The position numbers were made by a program, and so were the translations under genes. Source: Mobula hypostoma (lineage: Eukaryota). Taken from it: a stretch of 64,000 bases of DNA. The stretch lies in NCBI RefSeq assembly GCF_963921235.1, contig NC_086118.1, forward strand, positions 26,600,001 through 26,664,000. The letters are read 5' to 3'. Below are positions 53,456-64,000 of the stretch, piece after piece. Below the pieces are notes generated by a model. It was not told the DNA's origin, made no database searches, and worked only from the letters and a program-made list of their open reading frames with translations. The stretch's first letter is position 1; each line of letters begins with the position of its first letter.

Positions 53456-54938
53456 TTCAGTCCTTATTAACTATTGATCTGTATTCAACAGGTTACCCCC
53501 AGACCCTAGCTCACATTTGTCCTCAGTTAATGCATCTATATTCATATACACATTGAGGAACCATTGTCGGTATGCACGATGATCAGTTTGCAGACTACAG
53601 CGTTACTTGGCTCTCTCTTGAGCAATGTTCTGATGGAGAGGAGACTTTGCCTTCATAGCCACATTTTCCAGTTTCAAAATTGATCTATATTTTCAGTCAA
53701 TAGATGTAGCTTGTTAGCTAAGCCAAGCATGTAATGTGTTTATAACCTTTAAGGTCATAGTAACATTTCTTTACTGGTGATGGGAGATACTGAGTAAAAA
53801 AAAGGCCATGGGGTGGGGGGAAATGAGCATATAATCACTGTCCTCCATCGCTGCTAGGTCCAAATCCTTGAACTTACTAACCCAAACAATGCTGTGGGAG
53901 TGTTCTTATCAAAAGGTTTGCAGAAAGCAAACAGATGGCTCGTTTTCATCTTCCCAAATTAGAAACAGGCAGTCATTACTGGATTAGTCCACAATGCCTA
54001 CATCCCTTAATTGATTACATTGTGATAAGTTTACAAACTTATCAATCCCTTCTTCCAATTACACTTCCCACCCCACACCGCCCTGAAAACTGTCATGCAT
54101 TCCAATACCAGCTTGAATTTATTTTGTGTCTTTAGTGTAGAGTAGCCTGCCAAAGCACTTAACAGGAGTGTATATGAAACCACATTTTACAGTAATCCAC
54201 AACTCCAGTATTTGTAGTACTGACATCATCCAAGTAGAGGTTAGCACCAGAAATAAACCTCAAACTCGCTGGTTTATGTGCATAATTAAATATCGACTCC
54301 AAATTATCCCAAATGAAACCCTTTCACAAACAAAGATCATATCCATCAATTAAACACAACAATATCAGAATTCTGTGTCCCAGTATCTTCAAAACTATCT
54401 TCAGAAATGATAAATTTCAAAACAGTAGAACATCCTGAAACTTTCTAGTGTCTCCTGTTATAAAGTACTGCCTTCAGTTCCTGAAGCAAAAAATTCTTTT
54501 AATCTGCGGTTTAGATTGAATGCAGTATGATTTGTTTGTTCACCAAGCCTTAAATGACACAACCTCAAACAGAACACTTTGGTACAGTTTCAGTTGCTTA
54601 AAGAGTAGAAAAGTAAAGGAATACAGGCCATCCCAATGTTATGAATGCTCAACTTATGGTCATCCTTTACATGCAAACATGCTCCCATATTATTAAACTC
54701 AAATATCCAATGTACATCAAGTTCAGTCCTACAATGAAAGTAATTTATAGTTTCCTTTCTATGTTCCTCTCACTCTCCACCTTAAGGAACTATTCTTTCT
54801 CCTCAGTCTTATGTGCTTTTAAAGTCATTCATTCCAACACAATGGAGCCTTTTTTTGCACTTTTCAATTTAAGGACAAAAAAAATAGACTTATGGGTATC
54901 TGTAAAAAGAGAACCATTCACTATCCAGAGGCAACCTA

Positions 54939-56535
54939 CAATGCTGCTAGAAAGTTTGTGAACCCTCGTAAAATTTTCTGTTTCTGCATAAATATGACCT
55001 AAAAATGTGATGAGATCTTCACGCAAGTCCTAAAACTAGAGACAGAGAATCCAGTTAAATAACTACAATAAGCATTATACTTGTTCATTTATTTACTGAG
55101 CAAAATGATCCAATATTACATATATTTGTTGCAAAAAGTATGTGAACCTTTGCTATCTGTAACTGGTGTGACTCCCTCCTTGTACAGCAATAACTTCAAC
55201 CAGACACTTCTGGTAACTGTTAGTGAGTCCTGCACATCAGCTTGGAGGAAGTTTAGGCCATTCCTCCTTACAAAACTGTCTACTCTGGTGGCTTCCTTAC
55301 ATGAACTGCTTGCTTCATGTCAGTCAACAAGAATTTCTATAGGATTAAGGTCAGGACTTTGATTCAGACATTCCAAAACATTAATTTTCTTCTTTTTAAA
55401 CCATTCCGTTGTTGATTTACTCTTCTCTTTCAGATCATTGTCGTGTTGCATTATCTAACTTCTCATAAACCTTAGGTGACGGACTGCTACCCTGACATTC
55501 TCCTGTAAAATTTCTTGATACTATTTTGAGTTCATTGTTCCCTCAACGATCGCAAGCTGACCGGGCCCTGAGGTAGCAAAGCAGCCCCAAACCATGATGC
55601 TCCTTCCACCATGCTTCACAGTTGGGATGAGGTTTTGGTGAATTGTGTGCAGTGCCCTTTTTCCTCCAAACATAGCAATATGTGTTTCTGCCAAAAAGTC
55701 CAACTTTTGTCACAACTGTCCACAGAACATTGTCCCAGAAGCTTTGTAGAACATCCAGGTGGTCTTTTGCAAACTTGAGATGTGCAGCAATGTGTTTTTT
55801 TTTGGAAAATGGTGGTTTCCTCTGTGGTGTCTTTCTATGAACACCATTCCTGTTCAGTATTTTTCTTATAGTGGACACATGACTGAGCTCTAGAGTTTTC
55901 TGCAGGTCTTTTTCTGTTACCCATTGGTTCTTTTTCACCTCCTTCAGCATTACACATTGTGCTCTTGGTGTGACCTTTGCAGGATGCCCACTCCTAGGGA
56001 CAGTAGGAACAGTACTGAGTTTCCTCCATTTGTAGACAATTTCTTACTGTTGACTGATGAACATTCAGGTCTTTAGAAGTGCTTTTGTAGCCTTTTCCAG
56101 CTTCATACATCTCTACAATTCTTCTAAGGTCCTCTGAAAGTTGTTTTGATTAAGGCACAGCACACACAAACAGATCTTTCTTGAGAAGAGCAGGCTCGGT
56201 CAGTAACCCGACTTTGTGTGTGCTTTTATAAGGCAGAACACCTCTACAACCCACACCTTCAGTCTCATCCCATTGATTGGAACACCTGACTCCAAGTAAC
56301 TTTCGTAGAAGGCATTACCCCAGAGATTCACATATTTTTTCCAACAAATACATGAAATATTGGATTATTTTTCTCAATAAATAATACAAAAGGCATTATA
56401 CTTGTTGATTTATTTATTTAATTGAGTTCTCTATCTAGTTTTAGTACTTACATGAAGATCTGATCACATTTTAGGTCATATTTATGCAGAAATGGAGAAA
56501 ATTCTGCAGGCTTCACAAACTTTCTAGCACCACTG
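54939..56535 (-). mobile_element. Full-length but inactivated Tc1-type transposon with long IR/DR-type TIRs
   Basis: TA on both flanks. About 210-bp inverted repeats with internal direct repeats AAAGTTTGTGAACC / AAAGTATGTGAACC. Minus-strand SKQLSEDLR..GKGYKS, STIRKIL..RKPPFSKK..LKFAKDH..FWDNVLWT and PTVKHGGRSIMVWGCF. Confidence 0.93.
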
Positions 56536-56929
56536 TATACACAAAGCCAGTCAACTTGCAAATCCACCTTCTACTGGGTAAGTCATGGAGCAACACGACA
56601 TTAATAGTGTCATTGAATAATTGCAGGTGAAAGGTACTATTTGGTTCATGCATCTAAAGCGACCGTGCACCCTTTTCAACGCCCTTATTAAATCTTAAAT
56701 AAATGCTATGTTTTCTTGCCCATGTGCTAACTGGAAATCTCTCCGTATTTTCAGTCAGTGAGCAGATTTTGATCTTGCATATCAATATACAGTGTCAGCA
56801 ACACTCGTCAAGATGTTTTATCTTCATCTCCCGATTTTTATTCTCTTGCAAATAAATCAAAAGTAATAAACACACTTCATGATGATGCACATCAGATTCT
56901 ACACAAAGTCAAAAACTAATGCTGATGTC

Positions 56930-57860
56930 TTTCTTTTCTTTTCAAATCTTTTTATTGTTATATTATCAGAGAAAATAACATGAGTACATTGAAGTAACAA
57001 CACTTACAATCTCTCAAAAAAGACATTATCTTAAAGGTTGAAAAAAAAATGTGATAACAAAAAAACCTACTAAGCAGAAAAGTGAGAAAACAAAAGAACC
57101 CATTAGGTGTACAACCCCGGAGTCATGCGTCATACAAAAAGCTTCTATAAATAAACACCAAACCGCCAGCAAGAAAAGAAAATATACTAAAAAATTTACA
57201 ATTGGATCGTGGAAAAATTATATCAATCAGCTCAAATGATAATAACGAGCAAATGAGCCCCATCTTTTCTCAAAATCAAATAAAGGTTCAAAGGTTCGAC
57301 TTCTAATTTTCTCCAAACTAAGACATAGCATCACTTGAGAGAACCATTGTGACAAAGTGGGAGCTGATGTATCCTTCCACTTCAACAAAATGGCCCTCCT
57401 AGCTATCAATGTAACAAATGCAATAACATGTTGGTCAGACACAGAAATACCATGAATATTTTGAGGAATTATTCCAAAAAGCACAGTTAATTTATTAGGT
57501 TGTAGATTAATTTTATTGAGAAAATTTGGAAGAATTTGTAATTTATTATTTCAATGGGATAAGCGTCCTTTATCTAAGATTAAACAGGATTGGGAAAAGG
57601 AACTTAATTTGACTTTTATGACGGAGGATTGGATGCGGATTTTGAAGTTGGTTAACTCTTCTTCAATTTGTGCTAGCCATTCATTAATTCAATTTAAAAC
57701 TGTACATCATTATCATGTAACGAAGGAGAGACTTTCTAAAATCTTTTCTAATGTTGATAGTCATTGTGATAGATGTAAAACTGAGATAGCTACACTGACA
57801 CATATGTTTTGGTCTTGTTCTATATTGGAACAGTTCTGGAAGTCGTTTTTTTCAAATTTG
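56930..57860. mobile_element. L1/Tx1-type insertion with 5' inversion (3' part minus, 56930-~57515; 5' part plus, ~57520-57860)
   Basis: Minus strand: KINLQPNKLTVLFG..ARRAILLKWK..LEKIRS plus UTR and (GAAAA)n tail. Plus strand: WEKELN..CDRCKTEIATLTHMFWSC..FWKS. TSD ATGCTGATGTC / ATGCTTATGTC. Confidence 0.9.
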
Positions 57861-59781
57861 ATGCTTATGTCACAAAAGCAACTTCCTGATGTTAGTCATG
57901 AATTTACTTGTGAGTTTGAAACTTTGGTTCCCTGCACTGTGAACAGAACCTGACTTGAAGTCAGTTTCCACTTTTAACTTTCCCAATATGATCGCAAGCT
58001 TATGTCTCCCTAACATTAACTCTCACTTGCCTGCTTCCAAGCATGAAGTGCCCCAACACAGAAGAATTTCCTTAATAATAGTGATCAGCTTGTTAGGTTT
58101 GTTTGGATAAGCTCCCAAGCCTCATTGGCCCAATTTGCACAGCATGCCAGGAGAGATTTAAGCAGATTAATAATATCATGACGACAATATTTTCCTATAA
58201 ATCCGTAGGTTACAGACCTTGCTGTTTTAACAGAGATTTGATACTTTGAGCATCAAGTCTATTAACTAGCTAGATTTTATTCAACATTATTAAAGCAACA
58301 CCAATCATGGAGTATCCCATTTTCCCATTGCACCTCCTTTGTGCATGAGCTGCATATATCTACATTTAATCTCTTCCATATCTCTACCTTTCCATCTCAT
58401 CATAAGTGGTGAACAGATGGTATAGTACTGAAGGCAAAAAAAAAGGCTAAAATTGCTTAGGAAACCTTCTCATAAAAAAAATATTTTTTATAACAGAAAG
58501 ACAATACTTCCACTAAATCATGCATATGTGCTTCTGACATAACATGTAAGTCTGGAGTCAAATAATGTGATTTGTTGAACTTTGTCACAATAGATTAAGT
58601 CAATTTGCTTATATGATAATAGTACTTCTACAAAGCCAAAACAATTTAAAAGCTGTCATACTGTAACAATGAAGAGAATTACTACAAAAGCTGCAGCAAA
58701 GAGATGCAATGTTCATCTCCACACTGTGTAAATCCATGTTTTCCTAACAGAAAATTGGGAATTATTTCTTAAGCACAAAGAACATATATTAATGAATGTG
58801 CAACAAAGATGAACTGAAGTATAAACTTATTTAGATAAAGGCAGAACTCAAATTATTTCAGATAACAAATCCTACATGCAAAGCACATAAGTGGATACCA
58901 CATCCTTTGCGTTCTTGATTTGAGGTACACTTTGTGAATTTGTTCACAATTTGGAAACCACTATTCCACCAACCTGTACCTTGCCAGGAGACAATCATTC
59001 CAAATTTCTCACTGGGCTACAAAGCCATAGCACCTGAATAAATACAAATTCTACCAAATAGGAGATAAATGACATCTCACATATGAAATCAATGGCAGCA
59101 ACAATTGCCTAGCATAATAAGAACATGTTGAAGTTTATTACATGGATGAAGTGATGACTGTGTTCTTACAGAAAGCGTTCTTTTACAATAGGGCAAATAA
59201 AACACTAAAAATAAACTTAATTCTCAGTTCCACAGAAAAGATGGAAACATCAATAATTTCTGAATATCCTCAGAATTCGAATGCACATTTGAAATAACGC
59301 AAGGTACTCTTCTAGTTTTGACTTGCAGGAATAATGAGCCAATAATCAATTGTTTGCACTGGTAACTATAGAGCAAAAGTGTGTTAGCACATGTACATGG
59401 GCCTTTGCAAACAAACAGTCTTAGAAGTTTTGGATCCTGCCACAGCATTTACCTCGGTTCCAAGAAAGTCAAAGACCATGATTCTTTGCAGCAGGATTAC
59501 TATGGTCTGAAATACTTTACTTTCACCTCCTCCACCTAAAGGGTTTGAACTTGTGATAATATTACAATAAATGGCTAATTCACACCTTCCTCAAAACAAA
59601 ATGAAAATTAGAGATTACTCACAAATTCGCTATCCGTTGAGGTGGCTGTGGAAAACGTATTAAAGAATAGTGCTGATCCACAAGCACACCATGACATCAC
59701 ATGTTGGTACTTACACAGACAGACCATCATCAATTCTGCAGTGTGGGTTAGTATATTTATAGTTAGTTATAGTTTGTAATC

Positions 59782-59870
59782 CAGGGAGCGGAAAGCGCAG
59801 AATCAAATATCGCTATGATGATTGTACGTTCTAGTATCAATTGTTTGGCGACAATAAGGTATAAAGTATA
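59782..59870 (+). mobile_element. Short LINE 3'-end remnant
   Basis: CpG-rich 90-bp island ending caataaggtataaagtata. Family not determined. Confidence 0.4.
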
Positions 59871-60062
59871 TGCTGGCAATGACCAGTGATCAAGGCAGAT
59901 ATGACAAATTAGAATTTTGAACGGATCTGGATGCTTATTTTAAGACCCCAATAAACATCTATTTTTCTTTCATAAATATATATTAAAAAAACAAGTTTCT
60001 TCCAACAAAATCTGCAAACGTTTAGTAAGAATTCACTGATAATTTGCTTTGCATTAACCATT

Positions 60063-60194
60063 GCCACTATTAATAATGGTTAATCATTGACAAATATTTA
60101 TAACATACTTTAGTTAAAAAACAAAGACGCCACTATTAATAATGGTTAATCATTGACAAATATTTATAACATACTTTAGTTAAAAAACAAAGAC
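60063..60194. repeat. Perfect 66-bp tandem duplication
   Basis: gccactattaataatgg...aaaaaacaaagac at 60063 and 60129. Confidence 0.95.
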
Positions 60195-61329
60195 ATTGCT
60201 GTTCTAAATAAATTTAGTACCAAAACCCATAACTTCATTTAAATAATAATGCTTCACCTTTGTATTCAGAAGAACTACATTCATTGCTTATATTTTATCT
60301 ACAATAATCATGACACTCCACGTGACCATCATGTGAATATTGATTACTCAAACAAAATTTTAACTACTAAAGCAAAATACTGTGCTGGAAAATCTAAACA
60401 TAGAAACAGAAAATGTTGGAAATAACAAGTCAGGAAGAACCCATGGAAAACGTGTTATTATTCCAGGCTGATGGCCTTGTATCAAAAAGAAGAAAGAAAT
60501 CTGGTCTATGATGTTAACTCTGTGCCTCTCTCCAAAAGAGTTCATTTATTTTGTAAATATATCCAACGTTGTCTGTTTTTATTCACGTTTTTACAGAGCG
60601 GCTGCATTGCAAACAGTAAAGCACTTAATGCTGAGACTGTAAAATTTCTCCACTAAATTTATAGATAAAGTGGTATGGGGGAGATAATTATTACCAGAAC
60701 ATATCATTCATATGTACCAAACTGGCTTATAGGGCATATTTTGAGGTAGTTTATCAGACTATTTTATTATTCTTACATTAACAACAGGACAAACGCCCTC
60801 TAAACAACACAAAGTGTGGATTATAAGCGGTGATTTCTGCAATAAAATAAATTGTGCAGTTTGCACTAAGGTACCTTTACAGAAGGCTTCGCCTTTTTGT
60901 TGGGTGAACAATTGAGGTCTTCGTGAATTCTGTTCAGTAACCACAGAAGAAACTCAAGTGCATCATGCTGGGAATTTCCACGAAATTGGGATCCATATTT
61001 TGCAACTATATTCTGAAATAAAACAATCATTCCTCATTAAAACAAGATTTATCACAATGTTTAAAAAAAAAGAGTATGCATAGTTGTTAAAACCCAGAGA
61101 TAATTATTCAGCAATTCAGTTCATCCACCCTGGAAACACCATCTATGTGAAGATGATTGAAAAAACTGGCAAGAGTTAATTGCTGGATATTGGAAACAAA
61201 AGTGGAAAGCCCTGGAAGTAGAGAAAGTTTTTTCAGTGAATCCAATGTTGAAGCAAATGTGTAATGTTAGGTACCTCTTCTGTGGATGCTGACAAACCAG
61301 CTGAGTGTTTCCACTGACTGACTTGACAT

Positions 61330-62325
61330 ACAGGCAGCATCCTGGTAAATCTCTTCTGCACCCTTCTCAAACCTCCACATTCTCTTATAATGGAGTTACC
61401 AGAATTGAATGCAACCCTTCAGGTGCAGCCTAACCACAGTTTTATAAAGCTGCAAAATAAATTCCTGACTTGGGAAGACCAACCAAGATAGGACTTACAT
61501 AGGACTTACAGCAGGGCGCTGACAAGTGCAGTAGAACAGAGAGATCTGGAAATACAGATCCATAAATCCTTGAAAGTGGCATTACAGGTAGATAGGGTCA
61601 CAAAGAAAGCTTTTAGTACTTTGGCTTTCATAAATCAATGCATAGAGTACAGGAGTTGGATGTTATGTTGAAATTGTGTAAGATGTTGGCGAGGCCTAAT
61701 TTGAAACATTGTGTGCAGTTTAGGTCACACACCTACATAAAAGATGTCAATAAGATTTAAAGAGTGCAGAGAAAATTTACAAGGATGTTGCTAGGATTTG
61801 AGGACCTAAGTTAAAAGGAAAGGGTGAACAGGTTACGATTTTATTCCCTAGAATGTAGAAGATTGAGGGGAGATTTGACAGAGGTAAACAAAATTATGGG
61901 GTTAAGTGCAAGCAGGCCTTTTCCACTGAGGTTGGGGAGACTACAATTAGAGGTCATGGGTTAAGAGTGAAAGGTGAAGTATTTAAAGGGAACACGAGGG
62001 GAATTTCTTCACTTAGAGGGTCATGAGAGTGCGGAATGAGCTGCCAGCACAAGTGGTGCACGCAAGCTCGATTTCAATGTTTAAGAGAAGTTTGGATAGG
62101 TACATGGATGAGAGGGGTTCGTGGAGGGCTATGGTCTAGGTGCAGGTCAATGGGACAAGGCAGATCAATGGGTCAGAACAGACTAGATGCATCAAAGGAC
62201 CTGCTTCTGTGCTTAAGTGCTCTATGACCCTATGACCCTTGAACTCAATGCTTCGATTAATAAAGGTAAGCATGCCACGTGTTCCTTTATTATGATATCA
62301 ACATGCGTGGCCACTTTCAGCAAGT
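61330..62325. mobile_element. Plus-strand CR1 3' portion (about 61472-62237) nested in an older minus-strand CR1
   Basis: RDLEIQIH..LKV, RPNLKHCVQF and ERVQRKFTRML-like segments with a ctatgaccctatgacc tail. The minus-strand CR1 runs 61330-61470 and resumes near 62238. Confidence 0.78.
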
Positions 62326-63262
62326 CAGCTATGAAAGTCAGGTGTTTGTTACTCAGGGGTGGCATGTACTAGATTTCTTCACAAAATAAAACTCCAAATA
62401 ATGTCAATAAAAATTTTCAACATTGAGAGCAAACCTCACAATTTAGACTCTCAGATTTATCCAGCATACAGTTAGGCCCTCCAGTCCATCAAGTTCACAT
62501 CAGCATCCAATTGCATTAATCCTGCATTAATCTCATTTTACACTCCCTCCATTCTCACCAACTACCCCAGAGCTTAAACACACAAACACACACCTTCAGT
62601 GAGTGGCCAGATACCAACTTGCACAGCTTTGTGATGTGGAAAGAAACCCAAGTAATTAAAGGTAACACAAACCCTAAACCAGGTGTTCCACAGAGCACTT
62701 ACTTAATGATATTGGCCAATGGCACAAAAAAAAACTCCTGCTATAGACCAACTGTACCAGAAGTCGGAACTGAATCCCAGTCACTGAGGATGTGTTGAAG
62801 CAAATCTGTTAGCTACACTATCAATTCCTTGATATATGTTACTAATGTGTTATTTTGAACAAAAAGCAAACTGCTGGAGGAGCTCAGCAGGGCAAGCAGT
62901 GTGTAGAGGGAAATGGACAGTTGATATTTTAAGCCAGGATCCTTCACCTGGACTGCGAAGTGGATATTTGCTAAAACACATGTATTCTCGTCCTTCAAGA
63001 TTTACGTAGTAAATATTTCAACCATTCATCTAGATAAGAATAATTTAATGAAACCACAAACGATTTCATAATTAGGATAGCAAGGTTCTGCCCTTGAGTG
63101 CCCTTGAACCTCTGGAGAGGGAATAGCTATATTGCTGGAACATGCCAATGGATCAATACCAGCAGATTGTTATCCAAATGAACTTGAAGGCTGATGAGAA
63201 AAGAAAATGAAAATTTCACAAATAGGGAATGGGGGGGGGGGGGGAGGAACCACAGAACAGCA

Positions 63263-63322
63263 AAACAAAAGGTACCATGACATACGTTTAAACAAAAGGT
63301 ACCATGACATACATTTAAACAA
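63263..63322. repeat. 27-bp tandem duplication
   Basis: aaacaaaaggtaccatgacatac(g/a)ttt at 63263 and 63290. Confidence 0.9.
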
Positions 63323-63323
63323 A

Positions 63324-63522
63324 CAGTGGATTCCAGGTAATATGGACACATCAGGTCCGGTACATTTTGATCCCAAAAAGTGGATGCCCCAATTAGCCAA
63401 AGTTTCACAGAAATAGTTAATAAGTATAAAAAGGCAAATTATATACTTAAATGAAATACAGAGCAAATTAGAACACTACCAATAGTACTATAAAACTGTG
63501 TATTAGTTTCTAATAGTTATTA
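63324..63522 (-). mobile_element. pogo/Tigger-like terminal fragment, interrupted by the RTE
   Basis: CAGTGGATTCC terminus. ataaaactgtgtattagtttctaatagtt is the reverse complement of about 51581-51609. Confidence 0.62.
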
Positions 63523-63532
63523 GGAATATCAG

Positions 63533-64000
63533 GGCCTGTTTATGGCCTTTGTCAACCTCCCCAAAACATTCGACACTGTGCAAAGAGAGCTCTTATGGGA
63601 TGTCCTCCTCAAGTTTGGCTGTCCCAATAAATTAGTTAACGTCCTCCGCCAGTTCCACAATGGAATGACTGCTCGGATGACCATTGGAGGACAAGAGTCC
63701 AAGCCCTTCCTTGTACACACAGGGGTGAGGCAGGGGTGTGTGCTAGCGCCAGTGCTCTTTAACATCTTCCTCTTGTGTGTTACCAAGCTTCTCAACAATG
63801 AGACTGAAGGCAGCAGCGGTGTGGCAGTGGACGTCAGATTAAATGGCAACCTCTTTGACATCAGGAGGCTCCGCACAACCACCAAACTCCATGGAGAACG
63901 GCTCCTAGAGCTGGAGTACGCAGACGACTGTGCTTTTGTGGCCCATACTCCAGAGGATCTTCAGACTGTCCTTGCTATGGCGGTGAGAGCGTACAGCAGG
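63533..64000 (+). mobile_element. RTE-clade (BovB-like) LINE reverse transcriptase fragment, running off the window end
   Basis: Manual translation is open to the window end: FMAFVNLPKTFDTV..LLKFGCP..GVRQGCVLAPVLFN..LFDIRRL..ELEYADDCAFVAH. Confidence 0.9.

Overview
This is AT-rich, CpG-poor vertebrate genomic DNA, either intronic or intergenic. The repeat repertoire most resembles a cartilaginous fish, probably a ray (inference). I could not confidently identify any host protein-coding exon, rRNA, tRNA or CRISPR array. Nearly every meaningful ORF in the track is a decayed transposon fragment: L1/Tx1-type, CR1, Rex1/Babar and RTE LINEs; Penelope-like elements (PLEs) of two lineages; hAT, Tc1 and pogo/Tigger DNA transposons and MITEs; tRNA-derived SINEs; and a solo LTR. 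The most interesting signals are structural: (1) minimal type I hammerhead ribozyme motifs in the PLE 3' ends, including an intact copy at 18321-18358; (2) a series of TSD-flanked PLE insertions that begin with an inverted copy of their own terminus, one forming a perfect 95-bp-arm hairpin; (3) a minisatellite derived from a PLE terminus; (4) a twin-priming-type inverted L1 with a TSD; and (5) a CR1 carrying a solo LTR and a hAT-in-hAT nest. I found no evidence for a new multi-gene system. All calls were made by eye, and the boundaries of old elements are approximate.
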